Shown here one piece after another: positions 1-14,600 of a stretch of DNA of 64,000 nt. The stretch's first letter is position 1. Each line of letters starts with the position of its first letter. The stretch is from Mobula hypostoma. Lineage: Eukaryota. The translations under genes were made by a program, and so were the position numbers. The DNA is taken from NCBI RefSeq assembly GCF_963921235.1, contig NC_086108.1:40302001-40366000 (forward strand), written 5' to 3'. The notes below the pieces were generated by a model. The model saw only the letters and a program-made list of their open reading frames with translations, was not told the origin of the DNA and searched no databases.

Positions 1-789
1 ACAAAATAATTCATCATCAAATTGATCCAAGATTGGAGTTCAAAGTATTGGTTATTGTATTATAGCACAGGTTAGGAAATGAAATAATAATTTGTGGGCA
101 GTCCCTGTGCTCCCTGCCATTTAGTTAGCTAGGAAATTATGCAATATTTAGACATGCCAAAAGTGGATATTAGTCAGCTAGCTCAAAAGTAATGTCACAA
201 TATTCACACTGTAGAATTTAAAGGTAACATCAATCTGTTCAGCACAAAGACTTTGAAATGGTTGAGAACTTGTGAATCCCCTTACGTGAAAATGACTGTG
301 AGGTCCTAATCTTCATTTTTAGACACCCTTGCACCAAAACTAATCTTGATAAGTATTTTCTCTGAAGTCTGTGACATCCAAATACAAGTTTAATCACATA
401 GTGGTTCATTGGATGCAGAAATATTTCTAAAATTTATGTTGCAAAATGCCACATATCCTGTGCTATTTCACAAGTTCTGACACCCGTGCGATGCCATTTT
501 GTTTAGATTTTTACTTCTCTATTTCAAAGCCATTTTTCCACATCCGTTTAAGACCCAATCTCGTGTACCGCTGACCATGAAATTTGACAATACATTTATT
601 CTAAGGCCATTTTCAAATATCCTGTTAATCCCACATTTGGAGATAACATTTCTTGGTGCAGGTACTTGTTCTTCCACCTGCTTCTGCAACAAAGTACCCT
701 AACTGGCTTGGCTTTACTGTTTACTAGAAAAATATCCATTTGCAAGAAATGTATATAATCTAAGTGATGAAATTTTGTTACATTCTGAG

Positions 790-1245
790 ATGTGGAGGAT
801 CTGGGTGTTCTGGCCACTGTTTGCAAAAAAGATTAATTACATACACTACAAGTAAATAGGAAAAATAGCAATGCTTGTCGCAAGGGGGATTGAATCTAAA
901 GGTAGTGAAGTTATTCTTGAGTTCTGTAGAGCAGAAGAAAATCAAAAATGAATTACTGTGTGCAGTGTTGGTCTCCTTATTTCAGCAAGTATGTCAATAT
1001 ATATTGAAGCATGTAACTTCCTAAGGGATCTTGACAGAATATATAAGGAATGGATGTTGCCTCTAGAAAGCAAATCCAGAATTAGTAGACATTGTTTAAA
1101 ATAAGAGGTCACACTTTTAAGACAACTGAGGTGAATTCTTTTCCACCATATGGTCATGAGTCTTTGGAATTCTTATTTACAATGGGAAACAGAGTCTTTG
1201 AATGCTTTTAAGGCAGGGATAGATTGAATGATGGAGCAATCTTAA
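790..1245 (+). mobile_element. Degenerate CR1-type LINE 3' fragment
   Basis: Resembles the better-preserved CR1 copies in the window (gatctgggtgttct..., gagtctttggaattc...). Confidence 0.5.
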
Positions 1246-1337
1246 GGGTTTAAGTGACCTAAACCTGCTTTTAAAGTGTGTTCTTGTTGTTATATTTGGA
1301 CTGAAGGCAGAAGTTTACTTTGGTTAGATTAACATCC

Positions 1338-1868
1338 TACACTTAATGGCCACTCTGTTATGTACACCTGTACACCTGGTTGTTAATGCAAATATCTAAT
1401 TAGCCAATCATGTGGCAACAACTCAATGCATAAAAGCATGCAGACGTGATCGAGAATTTCGGTTGTTGTTCAAACCAAACATCAGAATGGGGAAGAAAAG
1501 TGATCTGAATTACTTGACGGTGGAATGATTATTGGTGCTATATGGGTGGTTTGAGTTCTCAGAAACCGCTGATCTCCTGGGATTTTCAGGCACAGCGGTA
1601 TCTAGGGTTTACAGAGACTGGTGTGGAAAACAAAAAATATCTAGTGAACGGCAGTTCTGTGGGCAAAAATGCCTTGCTAATGAAAGGGAAAATGACCAGA
1701 CTTGTTCAAGCTGACAGGAAGGCAACAGTAACTCAAATAACCATGCATTACAATAGTGATACACAGAAGAGCATCTCTGAATGCACAACATGTCGAACCT
1801 TGAGGTGGATGGGCTACACTAGCAGAACACCATGAATGTACAGTCAGTAGCCACTTTATTAGGTACCC
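1338..1868 (+). mobile_element. Tc1/mariner-derived element with frameshifted transposase N-terminus
   Basis: Starts TA-CACTTAATGGCCACT; translations ETADLLGFSGTAVSRVYRDW and RLVQADRKATVTQIT...CRTLRWMGY are Tc1 HTH-like. Confidence 0.75.
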
Positions 1869-4800
1869 TTCTATTTTAGTAAGTTAATTAATTAAGAGCT
1901 GTCGCACTGAATATTGATTTTTTTCTTTACAATTATTGGATTGGTTAGGAAAATGAATAAAAATGAACATTTCATTATAATTATCAAAGAAACTTCAGAG
2001 CATTATCCCTGCTTTTTCTTTGTTCCCTCACATTTAATTCCTCTGAAGTTATTTAAATCCTTTTAGCTGAAGAGGAAAGATACCACATAGCTAAGAGGAG
2101 AGTCTTGTCATCTTGGCCAATATTCATGTTTGATCTGAAAACTCGAACACAGATGACCTGATCTTTGTTCTCATTGATTCAGTGTACTTGTTATCCCTGT
2201 AATGTGTTGCCTTATTTCCCACATTATCTTTGTGATTATACTCCTAAATGATATCATTGGATCCAAAGCCAATCCTGAGATTGCAAAGAGAATGCACAGA
2301 ATGCACTTGAATCACAGTTTGATGGAGCATGAAAACAGGACCTGCAGTACACTAATCTTCTGTACCAACCATCAAGCATCCAGTTCCACAAAATCCACAT
2401 TTATCCTGTTTTATTTTTCCCACATTCCTGTCAACTTCCCCAGGTCCTCCCTCTCACCTGCACACAGTACTCAGTGGACAAGTCTGGAGAAAAAAAATAT
2501 TTTCATTGGTTCTGTGAATCATAGGCATGTGATAATTTTTATTAGATGTGGTATTTTCCTTCCATGTTGGGACAAATGTTACTGCTATAACACATGGTCA
2601 TCAAATAACAATCTGCAGACCTGGATATGTGTCAGTTCGATTAACGAGAATTAATTGCAAATTACCGAATACATCCATGGACTGAAAACATCCAGTTTAA
2701 TCTTGTTTTTGACATAGTTTATTACTATCACATATACCGAGATGCAATGTAAAGCTTTTGTTCCGTTCAGAGAGATTATGCCATGCATAATTATATTGAG
2801 GCAGTAAAGAAAAAGAGGATGCAAAATATAGTGTAGCAATTGCCGAGAAAATGCAGAACTGGCAGATGAATAAAGTGCAAGGGCCACGGTGATATAGATT
2901 GGGAGTTCAAAAGTTCATCTTTATTTTCATTATGATCAGTAATAATTGTTCAGACATAGAAATCTGTATGTATAGGAATAGTCCAATGTTTGCAGAAAGT
3001 AACATCAAACTTTGGATTAGTCAATACTAGCCACACCCAAACACTAACCGCTTCCTTACAGGCTTGTACAGAAGCTTGCTAAATTTCACATTCATTTTTT
3101 TTGTATTGCTATACTAGAGTATTTTCTGTTTGTTGAATAGGTTGTATCATATGATATGATTCCACAGTTGTTATAGAATGCACTTCATGACAGGCGTTTA
3201 TGTCAGGTGATTTCATTACATAGCTGATAAACATAGGGTACAACTTAAGCTGCTAATTTGTTTATTTTTATCACATGTAACAAAGTACAGTGAAGAACGT
3301 TGTTTTGTATGATATCCATACAGATCACTTCATTCCAGCAATCCATTGAGGTAGTACAAGGGGAATCAGAATGCAGAATAAAATGTTCCAGTTCCAGAGA
3401 AAATCTCATGCCAGCAGATAATAAGCTGCAAGGTCACAATGAGGCAGAAAAACTTTTGAGCACTTAATTCTTTGAGAATAAATACTGCACGAGTTCTGCT
3501 TTTTTTTCTGGGTTCAGCTGTGAATATTGAAATGCCCAACCCCAGTAAAGAATATTTCTAGAACTTGGATCCCACAGTTATGAATGTGATCTCTTGTTGG
3601 TTTTCTGCAAAAGCTACTTCTCCTTCAAGGAGGAGGAATGGAAACAATCGTGATTAAGTGCAATTAGTTGTGTTTTTATATATTTGAGTTCACATCCTGT
3701 GCAAGTTGTGATGGCAAAAGACTAAATGTAAAAAGTGTACAGAACAAGGTATGCATATCTTTACATGCCATTTATAAAGTCCATTATCTTCTGCCATAAT
3801 GTGTTTAAGATTCCACCATACATTCTCACTCATTAGTTTTTTCTTCTTTGTTTCTTCCACTATGAATACATAACCTCACAGTTTGCTTTGACCTCTTTAG
3901 AATCTTAGTTTTAACTTTCCTCTTTCAAAAGCTTAATTTAAAGTAAATATACAGGAACTCTGAAACAATAATTTTGATGATTATCCCATATCTAATGCAT
4001 TCTATTTCTGATGTTTCCACATCCATATTCTCACTTTAAGGACTCTTTATCTTGATATTTCATGCTCTCATTATTTATTGCTATTTTTTACTGTATATTT
4101 GCATTTGCATTTGTTGTTCATTGATCCTGCTTACAGTTACTTTTCTATAGATTTGCTAAGTATGCCTACAGGGAAAATAATCTCAGGGTTGTATGTGGTG
4201 ACATGTACATACTCTGATAATAAATTTTATTTTGGACTTTGACATCTGCATTTTGGCAAGCTCTCTTTAATGATTCAGATGGGTTCCCTGAAAGATGTCC
4301 ATATCCTATCACTTATGCCAGTTCAGCTTGCAATGCTATTGTGTATTTATATATGCATGTTCACAAGTCGCATCACTGTGAAACTAAGTAATGACATAAA
4401 AATTATTTTTGAATTGCTTGATCAGTATGGTACTATAGGATCCAAAATCATTAAGTCAAACCATCATGAAAGTCAGCTATAAACTGCAGCTTCTTTCTGA
4501 ACCCTCTTGATCTCACGTCATAATAATCACTACATTCGTATTTAAAATGGTGTTTGGTAAATTCCTCATCAGTAAGGGTGTCAAGGACTGCAGGGAGAAG
4601 GCAGGAGACTGGGGTTGAAAGGGACAATAAATCAGCCTCGGTGGAATGGTGGAGCACACTCACTGGGGCAAATGGCCCAACTCTGCTCCTTTGTCTTTTG
4701 GTCTTATGACTTATGAATACTTCCCCTCTCTTTGGTCCGCTGAGTTACCATATGTCACCACTATATTAATGAATGATTGAGATTGGATCATACACACTTT

Positions 4801-5292
4801 TCTATTATCTCACAAGCCTCACACAACTGCTTTTATTTCAAACAGGGCCATCACAAAATGCATAGTAGTTCCTTCAGTTTGCCTTGTTGCTTTGCCGATA
4901 CTTAGCCATTTTTCTCAGTACTTAATCTAATTTAAGAAGTTGATATGGTCTCTGGTTTAACCATTAATTTAATGTTGGCATCTGTTGGTTTCATAAGTAC
5001 TCTAATGTTTTGTCCAATCCTTGTCCACTTGAAAATGTAAAAGGGTGCCCAGGGGTCTAATATAATATATACTGCATACTCACTTTATACCACAGCTATA
5101 TTGCTTAAAATCATTGAGCCACAGACATTATAGAGTAAACAGATTGGAAGCAGATCTTTCAGCCCACTGAATCCACACTGCTTATCGAGCTTCTATGTAC
5201 ACTAGTCAGATTTTCATCCCATTTTAATTCCCATGTTCTACTTGATGAACCATCAAGGTTATGCACTTAAAATTGATATTAGTTCTCTTTGC

Positions 5293-5418
5293 GACGACGG
5301 TCTCGGCCTGAAACGTCGACTGCGCCTCTTCCTATAGATGCTGCTTGGCCTGCTGCGTTCACCAGCAACTTTGATGTATGTTGCTTGAATTTCCAGCATC
5401 TGCAGAATTCCTGTTGTT
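5293..5418 (+). mobile_element. 126-bp short retro-insertion flanked by a 14-bp target-site duplication
   Basis: TTAGTTCTCTTTGC at 5279-5292 and 5419-5432; interior belongs to the same family as the repeats at 21087, 25250, 29015, 31016, 35215 and 51558. Confidence 0.75.
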
Positions 5419-5494
5419 TTAGTTCTCTTTGCATGCGTTTAGCAGTCCAACCAGAGATCCTTGACTTTACCACCAGTTGTTGCCACTTGAAAGT

Positions 5495-7215
5495 GGACAA
5501 TAAGACACAGGAGCAGAATTAGGCCATTCGGCCCATTGGTTTTCTCTGCCATCACATGGTGGTTTATTTATTATCCCTCTCAACCCTATTCCCGTCTTCT
5601 TTCCATAACCTCTGACACCCTGACTAATCAAAAATGTATCAACTTCCACTTAAAATATATTCAATGACATGGCTTCTACAGCTGTCTGTGGCAATGAATT
5701 CCACAGATACACTACCCTCTGGCTAAAGAAATTCCTCCTCATCTCTGTTCTAAAGGGACATGCTTCTATTGTGAGGTTGTTTTCTCTGCTCCTATACTCC
5801 CCCACTATAGGATACATCATCTCCATTCTATCTAGGGGTTTCAATATTCAATAGGTTTCAATGAGATTCCGCTCTCATTCTTCTTAACTCCAGTGAATAC
5901 AGGCCCAGAACCATCAAAACTTTGTCATTCCCATTCCCAGAATCATTATTGTGAATCTCCTCTGGATCCTCTCCAATGCCTGCACATATTTTCCTAGATG
6001 AGGGGCCCAAAACTGCTCACAATACTCCAAATATGGTCTGACCAGTACCTTATAAAGCCTGAGCATTACAGCCCTGTTCGTACATTCTAGTCCTCTCGAA
6101 ATGAATGCTAACATTGCATTTGCCTCCAACTCAACCTGCAAGATAAATTTAGGAAATACTGCACAAGGACTCCCAAATTCCCTTGCACCTCTGATTTTTG
6201 AATGTTTCCCCCCATGTAGAACAATCTATGCCTTTATTCCTTCTACCAGAGTGCAAGGCCAGACGCTTCCCTATGCTATACTCCATCTGCCACTTCTTTG
6301 GCCCATTCCTCTGATGGCCCTTCTGCAAACTTCCTGCTTTTTCAACACTACCTGCTCCTCCACCTATCTTTGTATCTGCAAACTTGGCTGAAAAGATATC
6401 AATTCCATCATCCAAATCATTGACATATAACATGAAAATACTGATCCCTATGGAACCAGTAATACCATGGGCTCTTATCTTTTTAAGTAGCCTCATGTAT
6501 GGCAACTTGTCAAAGGTGTTCTGAAAATACATGTAAACAACATCCACTGACTCTTCTTTGTCTATCATACCTGTGAGTTCCTCAAAGAACTCTAATAGAT
6601 TTGTCAGGCCAGATTTCCACTTGAGCAAACTATGCTGACCTTGGCTGTTTTATCATGTTCCTGCAAGTACCCTGAAACCTCATCATTAATTATGGACTCC
6701 AACATCTTCTCAACTACTGAAGTCAGGCAAACTGGCCTATAATGTCCTTTCTTTGGGCTTCCTTCCTTAATAAATGGAATGATATTTGAAATTTTCCAGT
6801 CCTCCAAGACCATACCAGGATCTAGTGATTCTAGAAAGTTCGTCACTAATGCCTCTACAAGTCTCTTCAGCTCTTTAGCTATCTCATTCAGAATGCTGGG
6901 GTGTAGATCATCTACTCCAAGTGACTTCTTTATCTTCAGATCATTCAGATTCCCAAGCGACTTCTCCTTAATAATAGCAACTATACTCACTTCTGCACCC
7001 TGACATTCTTGAATGCCTGGCATACTGCTAATGTTTTCCACAGTGAAGACTGATGCAAAGTACTTAAGTTCATCCAGCAATTTTTTTTGTCCCCCAATCC
7101 TACCTCTCCAGTGTCATTTTCCAGTAGCCTGATATCCACTCTCACCTCTCTTTTACTCTTTATATATCTGAAAAAGTTTTAGGTATCCTCTGTTACATTA
7201 TTGGCTAGCTTACCT
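5495..7215 (-). mobile_element. CR1-type LINE, degenerate ORF2 reverse transcriptase
   Basis: Minus-strand fragments YRPVCLTSVVEKMLESII, LTNLLEFFEE, VDVVYM.FQ..FDK, KFADTK, LYKVLVRPYLEYCEQFWAP, RNFFSQRVV.LWNSLPQ. Confidence 0.9.
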
Positions 7216-8572
7216 TCTGGCAGCAGGTTCAATGCACCGTTCACTCTGTGTTTAAAAAAAAATTACCTGACATCACCTTATACTTGCCTTCAATCACCTT
7301 AAAATTATAACCTCTTGTATTAAATAATACAAACAATTTACTTTGAAAATACATATTTAATGTTGACATTTTTGATATGATAAACATTAGGAATAATGTG
7401 ACTATAGTATTCACAGATGGTAATTTTAATTGAAGATGTGGCATATTACTTTTGGAATAGTTAGTGGCTGATGAATGTACGTTCTTGATAACTGGTACAA
7501 ATGCCAAACTTGAAAGAGAAATCTGACAATTTTGTGATTATCAATTACAATCTCTCTGTTTTCTAAAATTGCTTATTTATTATTCATTCATGAGATATGA
7601 AAAATTACTGGGGGAAACAACATTTATTATCTTTAACTCTAGTGAGCCAGCCAACTTCTCGAATTGTAGCAGGGTGTGAAATGAAAATGAATCACCGTGA
7701 ATTCCAGGCATTTTCACCAGTGATGGTGAAAGAGCAGCATTAGCAAAGTCAGAAGGTACATCACTTAAGGGGGGCCTTGGAAATAGGAAATGGTCATATT
7801 TTTTCCGTGACTGATCTCCCTAATACTTTTTGATGTTAGATATTGCAGATTTAGGATTTGCTGATATGGGGTTGCAACAGGAGCTTCAGAAGATATTAAC
7901 CAACACCTGGATCTCCCATTTTGGCATTAATTTAACCATAATCATGAAATCTTAAATGATTTCAAATTGCAACGTATTAACATTCTAATTCTCTCTGGTT
8001 CCACATAAGCAACTTTCATATCAAATGTAATGTACCCAGAAAGTTTTGCAGGCCAATTGTGTAGTAGGTACCAGCCCAGATGTCTGACATAAAGAGATCT
8101 CGTCCTGTGAGAAACCAGGAGGGTAGTGTGATAGCAGTCTGTTTCACATGTTTCAATATTTTCAATTTTCATTAACTTTAAATGAAATAAAATGTTGTAC
8201 AAATCAGAAACTATTGCATTTTCTGGTTACTGAAGAACAATATTAGGAGAATTCCGCACTTTCTAAATTAGCATGTTAAGAACTATGGTCTAAACAGTCA
8301 TTTTTAAGCAAGGTATACATTTATAGTTAAGCAATTTGATTGGCTTGGTGAACAGATAAGACATTTATTTAAGCTGGTTGAAATCTCAGGGTTATAAGGA
8401 ATATTGTACAGGCTTTTAAACTGGAATGTGAGATTAGAAACTCAGAAATGAGCCCAAATGCTTCATGTGTGTATTGCATTATATGAACGATAACTCTCTC
8501 ACTTATCTCTAAAAAGTATGTTTCCACTTACACGTAGATGATTCTCATCGAATTTTATTAACTTTCTTTCAG

Positions 8573-8602
8573 GTTCAGTCAGTCCAACCCCGAGAAAAGA
8601 GA
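8573..8602 (+). CDS. PTPRC: CD45 exon 3 equivalent, (G)SVSPTPRKE
   Basis: ttctttcag|GTTCAG...AAAGAGA|gtaagt; 30 nt, phase 1-1; resembles human GQSPTPSPT. Confidence 0.8.
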
Positions 8603-11600
8603 GTAAGTACCTTCTTCGATATCGATCGTTCAAATCGAACACAGAGTTAACTTTATCTGCAGTGCATGACTATTGTATGATATTTACAATGGATGGTTGA
8701 ACTCCAATCTTATTTTATGCTCTGTTGTCATGTGTTTCCTAACAGCCTTTCTGATCTGATTTAATAAAAATGGCTTAATTATTTCATATATACAGGCCTG
8801 TTGCTAAATAACAGATGCATTGAAAAACAACTTGTGTCAATAATGAACACTGGGAATTGTATCAAAAGCAAAAAAAAAAGACTATTTTGCCTTCAGCAAA
8901 AGTATTAGTTTTACAATAGGGTGAAGAATTTTAAACAGTTTAAATTTCAAAGTTCAAAGTACATTTATTGTCAAAGTATGTATACATTAAATGACCTTGA
9001 GATTCGTCTTCTAACAGGCAGTCACAAAACAAAGATGTCCCTCCAAAAAACATGTATACATAAAGACAACCACCCAATGTGCAGAAAACAAAATCACATC
9101 ATGCCATAAAAAAGAACCCATAAAAAAAGAATACAATAACCCATAAAACAGAAGACCATTAAACACCCAAAGTGCGCTGAAAAAAAATTATGCAAACAGT
9201 AACCACAAGCAAAATAGGGTTTCTGAACCGAAGTCCACAAGAGAGACCCATAGCTCAGCACAGAGCCAAATAAACTACGATCCAAACTGGCTCTTAACTG
9301 GCCTCAATATCCTGACCTTTTCAATTTGGCTTGGTTCATTACTTGCCGTCCCAACAACAGGTTCTGCCACTTGGATACGGCGGACTTCGCCGCCTCGGTT
9401 CGGCCTGTAAATCTCGCTCCGCACATTGCGTTCAGTTGTGACTGGCGCCTAGGCAACGTTGCTTCGTGTTAAGGTTTTGATGTGTTTTTCCAGTTGCTTG
9501 ATGAACAGTTTACCAAAGCCAGTTGCCAAAGTGAGTAAATAAACTTGGATGAATGAAGATTAAGAAAGTCCCTTTGTTTTTGGTTCATTGTTCACACACC
9601 ACATTCCCTCAGGTTATGCGCATTGTCTAATATGGAGAATTGGTGTTTTTTTAAAAAGATTTTTTTGATGATATCATTAATGTTATCCACTGTTGAAATC
9701 AACATGTGATGATTCACTGCTTCCTGCCCCTAACCACTGTGAATAGGCTGGATATTAACACAGTGATAATAATTGTCAAGGTAAAGTGAGCATTAGTATC
9801 CCTGAAATATTGGAACAGTAAGCTTATATTGATGATGGAATGCAATTTGCATTCCTGACTGATCCTTACTCAGTTAATATATTGTCCAATATTTCAATCT
9901 TTCTACTTTTTTCCCCCAGTGGCACCTCAGATGGAAATTTCATTTGAAATGCCAGTGAAAAAGGAATTGGAAAGATTAGAAAATCTCATAAAATCTGGCC
10001 TGTTACTCAGTTATGTTAACTCGAAATTGATCGTAATTCATTTTGAACATTTTAAGTAAACACCGTAGTGAACCCAACAGCTATTCATGCCTTCTTGCAA
10101 AATCAGGTAACAATTTCATCATCAAATATCATTTCTTTGCTAGACAAAATTCACCAAAATTCCATCAATGAATTTTATCTTGAAGCAATTACATTTGATC
10201 TTTCTTTTCCACTGGGAATAGAAGTTACCTTGGACAACAAAATGTGTGCTCTGTTGAAGTTCAGGTCAATGGGCATTTATGTATAGAAATTTGTCCATAT
10301 TTCATTTCATTTTTCTTCTACAACCAACGCCTAATCTAAATAAAATGAATCCTGACAACGTTGGTATGACTGCGATATTTTATCAAATGTGACATTTCTT
10401 TCTGAACTGTATCACATTGTTCATTAAAATATTATAAATTGGAACGATTTGGTTCTTTTAGAGTTGCACAAGTGATCACATATGGATAGTAACATAACAA
10501 TAACCCCAACTGTCAACAAACTAAAGCTCAATAATTTGTGATGGAATGTAGTCAAGAGGTAATATTCATCCTTTGTAACAAGGCCAAAATGTTGTTGAGT
10601 GTGATAGGCAAGTTATTTTACTCCATGCATGTTTGGTTCCAATTTTGAAGTCCTTCAATTTCACCCACAAGTAGAGTTCACCAGTATGCCTGAAGAAACA
10701 GTGACTACTGGCATGCGCAGTAGTCATGCATCGTAAAATAAGACTCGTACCCCAAAGCAAGTTTAATGGAAGTGAGGGCTGAATAGCTCAACTTTGTCTT
10801 AATCCTGCCTGGAGGACCAAGTGTGATGTTCTAAATTCATACAGGTTTGGCTGGATGAGGCACATATTCATGCAGTATACCTTATGAATGACAATGACCT
10901 CATGTCCTAGATTCTGCTGAACTATACAGCAGAGTCACTACTCCTGGCATCCACAAATACTCCATTAAATGCTGAAATTTATAGGATGTATATCTCGATT
11001 CCAAACAATATTTGAGATTACAGTCTTCACTTGATGAACGTTTTAGGGAATCATCTTCAGACATGAATCAAATTGCCTGTATTGTTAATATACCTATGTA
11101 AAACATAAGACCTGTGCACTCAGAAGTAATTAGAACATTAGTAAGTTGTAACTCAAAAGCAAGATGCTAGAATTCCAAAGTAAAATACAAAATACTATGC
11201 AGCACCTGATTTTCACTGAACAATGGCAGAGTCCCAATAAAAGAGAATTACTTTATCCCATTGCTTATTGGTAACTGTTCCCATGACCTGCTAAGTAATG
11301 CCATTCTCTGCTCTTTCCCCATGCAGCTGCAGGTCTGGCTGAATTTCTCCATTTTCATTGTGTTTCTTTTTCAGAGGTCTAAAGTGAAGGATTCCATGAT
11401 AATGGAACATGAACTGTGTTTGACCCACATTGCCAAACCTCATTCAGGCACCAATAAAAATACCTCACATTCATATACTTCTTTAAATCTTGCTTATTTT
11501 AATATTGCCTTGAGTTCCATCCAAAGAACATGGATGAAAATGATCTCTGGATTCTGTTGAACAGCCTCGCTGAACACTCTCTGGTCTCACTGCTGTATAT

Positions 11601-14600
11601 AAATTGAGATCACTTACTTTTACACATTTACAGATTAAAGCTCAACTTTATTTGTCACTTGTATGTTGAAGCGTCGAAACATACAGTGAAATGCCACATT
11701 GTGGCAAAGACCAACACAGTCTGAGGATGTGTTGGCGGTGGGAGCAGCCTGAAATGGTTGCATTGCTTCCTGTACAAACATAGCATGCCTACAACTTACT
11801 AGCCCTTTCTCATATGTTTGAACTTAATGAAATATTTAGGTGCTTGATGCAAAATTTGATTAACCAAACAATGACCTCAACACAATTTATATTACTTGTA
11901 ATTAATTGTTGTTCAACTGGATGTGATGCCTCTTCTGTTTGATTGATGATCTTCCCTTCATTTTGTCTTGTTTACGCCCACATTCAATCTAACTGCAGAA
12001 GACTTGGACCTGAGTTGACAAGCTCAGTTGATATCTGTGGACAACCATTTCCAAGGAGAATGGCATCATCTATTCCTTCCCAGTTAGTAGTGAAGTCTAG
12101 GCTGTGGTTTCTACCTCTGCAAGTGTGGCATTACTCCTCACACTGCTGTTTTTCAAACAGATGACTTACACCTCACACTCACCAGCATAGCTCCACTATC
12201 AGTGACGACTTCATTCACAACAGGTTCAAGTATATCCATAGTGATGGACAACTTTTTGATTTAAAGTTAAAATGGATATGAATCATAATCAAGTACCCAC
12301 TATTTATTCCCTTTATCTGTTCTTTTTTCAATGATGGCAACATCATAAAGGATGTTAAGACACTGAGAAAATAATTTCATCCCATTATTAATCAGCAGCT
12401 GTTTGTTCAAACTGCATAAATTCTGCTCTTTTCCCCATTTTCACCTTAATTCTAAGCACAGACAGCTGCAATTCAGGTGAACTTTTCCATTTTCATTTTC
12501 CATATTTCTTTGAAAATGCAAGATATAAGTTACAGAAAATTAATGCAAAAAGTAAATATACTTTTTAATGCCAAATAAAGATTGGTTTGTAAGGAAAAGC
12601 TGACTTAACCACATTGAGGTATGAATAGCATCCCAACATGATATTTGCTGGTAGAAACCATCTTAAGTACTTTTCCCTGATTTGTTAAGTTTCTTATTGG
12701 CTCGCTCTTTACAATGTGAATGAAATGTTCTTTAGACCAATAAACAAAGGATTTGCTCAATATTATCTTACTCTTTTATAGAATTTCCTACTGGCTTTCC
12801 TCTATGAAGTACTTTATCATATAAAATACTTTATGAAAGCTATAATTGACTGGATTCTGCAGTGTGGCTAAGCATTTCCTGCTCTTGCAAAACCAGATCA
12901 ACTGTCCTCAATGCAGAAATCCAAAGGATATTGCCAGAGATCATTGTGTGCAGTTCTGGTCACTCTTTTATAGGAAGGACGTGTAAAGGTGCAGAATAAG
13001 TATCCCAGGAGTTTGCCTGGATTAGAGAGTAGGAAAAGTTGGACAAACATGTCGTCTTCTCCCTAGAGCATTGGAGACTGAGGGAGACCTGAAGGATGAT
13101 TTTAAAACTGTGCGAGGTACAGATAAGCTAGACAGTCAGAATCATTTCCCCAAGGTCGAAATGTGAAGCACCAGAGGACATGATATTATGGTTACAGTGT
13201 TAAAGTTTAAAGATGACATGGGGGCCAAGTTCTTTACACAGAGTGGTAGGTGCCTGGAAAGAGCTACCAGATGTAGTAGTGGGAGCAGGCAGTTCCATGT
13301 TGAAGAATAATCAGCTTCAGTTGAAATCTGTGGGCAACTGTATGCAATGAGAATTATATGAGCCGTTCCTCTAGAGCTTGTAGTGAAGTCTCTGCTTTTG
13401 TTTCTATCTATTCTGATATCGTATGTATTATTCCTCTCACTTTTGTTCTTCCAGCAGGTCACTCAGCATTCACATCCACCAGCACAGCTTCTTCATCAGT
13501 GCACACTTCAACTGTAGCAGGTTCAAGTAGGTTCATGGCGATAAAGTTGTTTTTATCAAGATGTTTTATATTTAATTCCAAATCTTTACAAAGTGTATTG
13601 ATTGTTCTTATTTTTCAATAAAATCACCAACTTCAGTCCACCTCCAGGTACCGTCGTCAGTGCTATGAAGCCCAGTTAGAGTGTGTTACCTCTCAGAGGA
13701 GAATGCTGTAGAAACTACGTGCCCTCAATGATTTGGTGGAAAGTTACAGAATGACTGTAGAATAGAAGCGTATAGTAGTACTGAAGAACTCAATTTGATG
13801 AATCCATCAGCAGCTGCTGTTTGTTTAAACTATTTAAATAATCCCATACTTCTGCTCTTTCTCTTTGGTTACCTTGATTTCATAGAGGCAATGGCAATTA
13901 AGGCTGAAACTACCTGTTTTCATGATCTGTGGTAATTAGGCAGAAGTCTAAAATGAAGGATTCCAAAAAGAGCTATGTTAGACAAATTTTAATATCGTGC
14001 TTAATGTCAAAAAATGTACTTAAATTAGTTTAATCCCATCAGGTTGAAAAAGAAGCAGTCATTGGAGCCCTAAACTGTTGGGGAAAAATAATGTATATTA
14101 TGGTTCAGTCTGAAATCCAGCCACCGGTTTCTGTGTGTTAAGGCAGTGCCCCTCACACACTTTAGTTCTTCCACTTTTCACCCATACTCACAGGCATTGG
14201 ACACCAGCAGTTACTACTACATTCACAACAGGCTTCTGCAAGTCCACAGAGATGCAATGGCTTTTCAGTTTCAAATTAAGATGTGTAAGAAGTGCCTACA
14301 ATGTATTATTGTCCAAGTCTAAGTTTCTTTCAAGGATATAAATTGGAGGCATTTCTAGACAGTTTGGTTGTGGCTGAGAAGCACAGTTTAAATGTGTTGA
14401 CAGCCATCTGTGGAGGAGAATGGTGTAAATAACTCCCTCCCGCTCTATAGTAAAGAGAATATTGTAGTTTCCTTCTGTTCAGATGTGGCACGCATTGCTC
14501 ATCACGCTTTTGTTCTTCCAGCAGATCATTCATCACGCACACTCACCAGCACAGCTTCACCATCAGTCACTACTTCATCTGCAAAAAATCCAAGTAGGTC

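Noticed and set aside
577..661. Candidate CD45 signal-peptide exon (ACCATG...GCAG|gtactt; MKFDNTFILRPFSNILLIPHLEITFLGA, phase 1)
   Set aside because: Phase fits, but the hydrophobic core is broken by R, P, N, H and E and the donor is weak. The real leader exon is probably upstream of the window. SignalP and 5' RACE would decide.
2202..2654. 150-aa ORF with hydrophobic N-terminus
   Set aside because: Begins within a degenerate SINE-like segment; no recognisable domain or fitting splice structure.
9920..10060. Strong-looking acceptor (ttttttcccccag) followed by a short open frame
   Set aside because: No phase-1 donor before the stop, and the peptide is not mucin-like or homologous to the cassette family.
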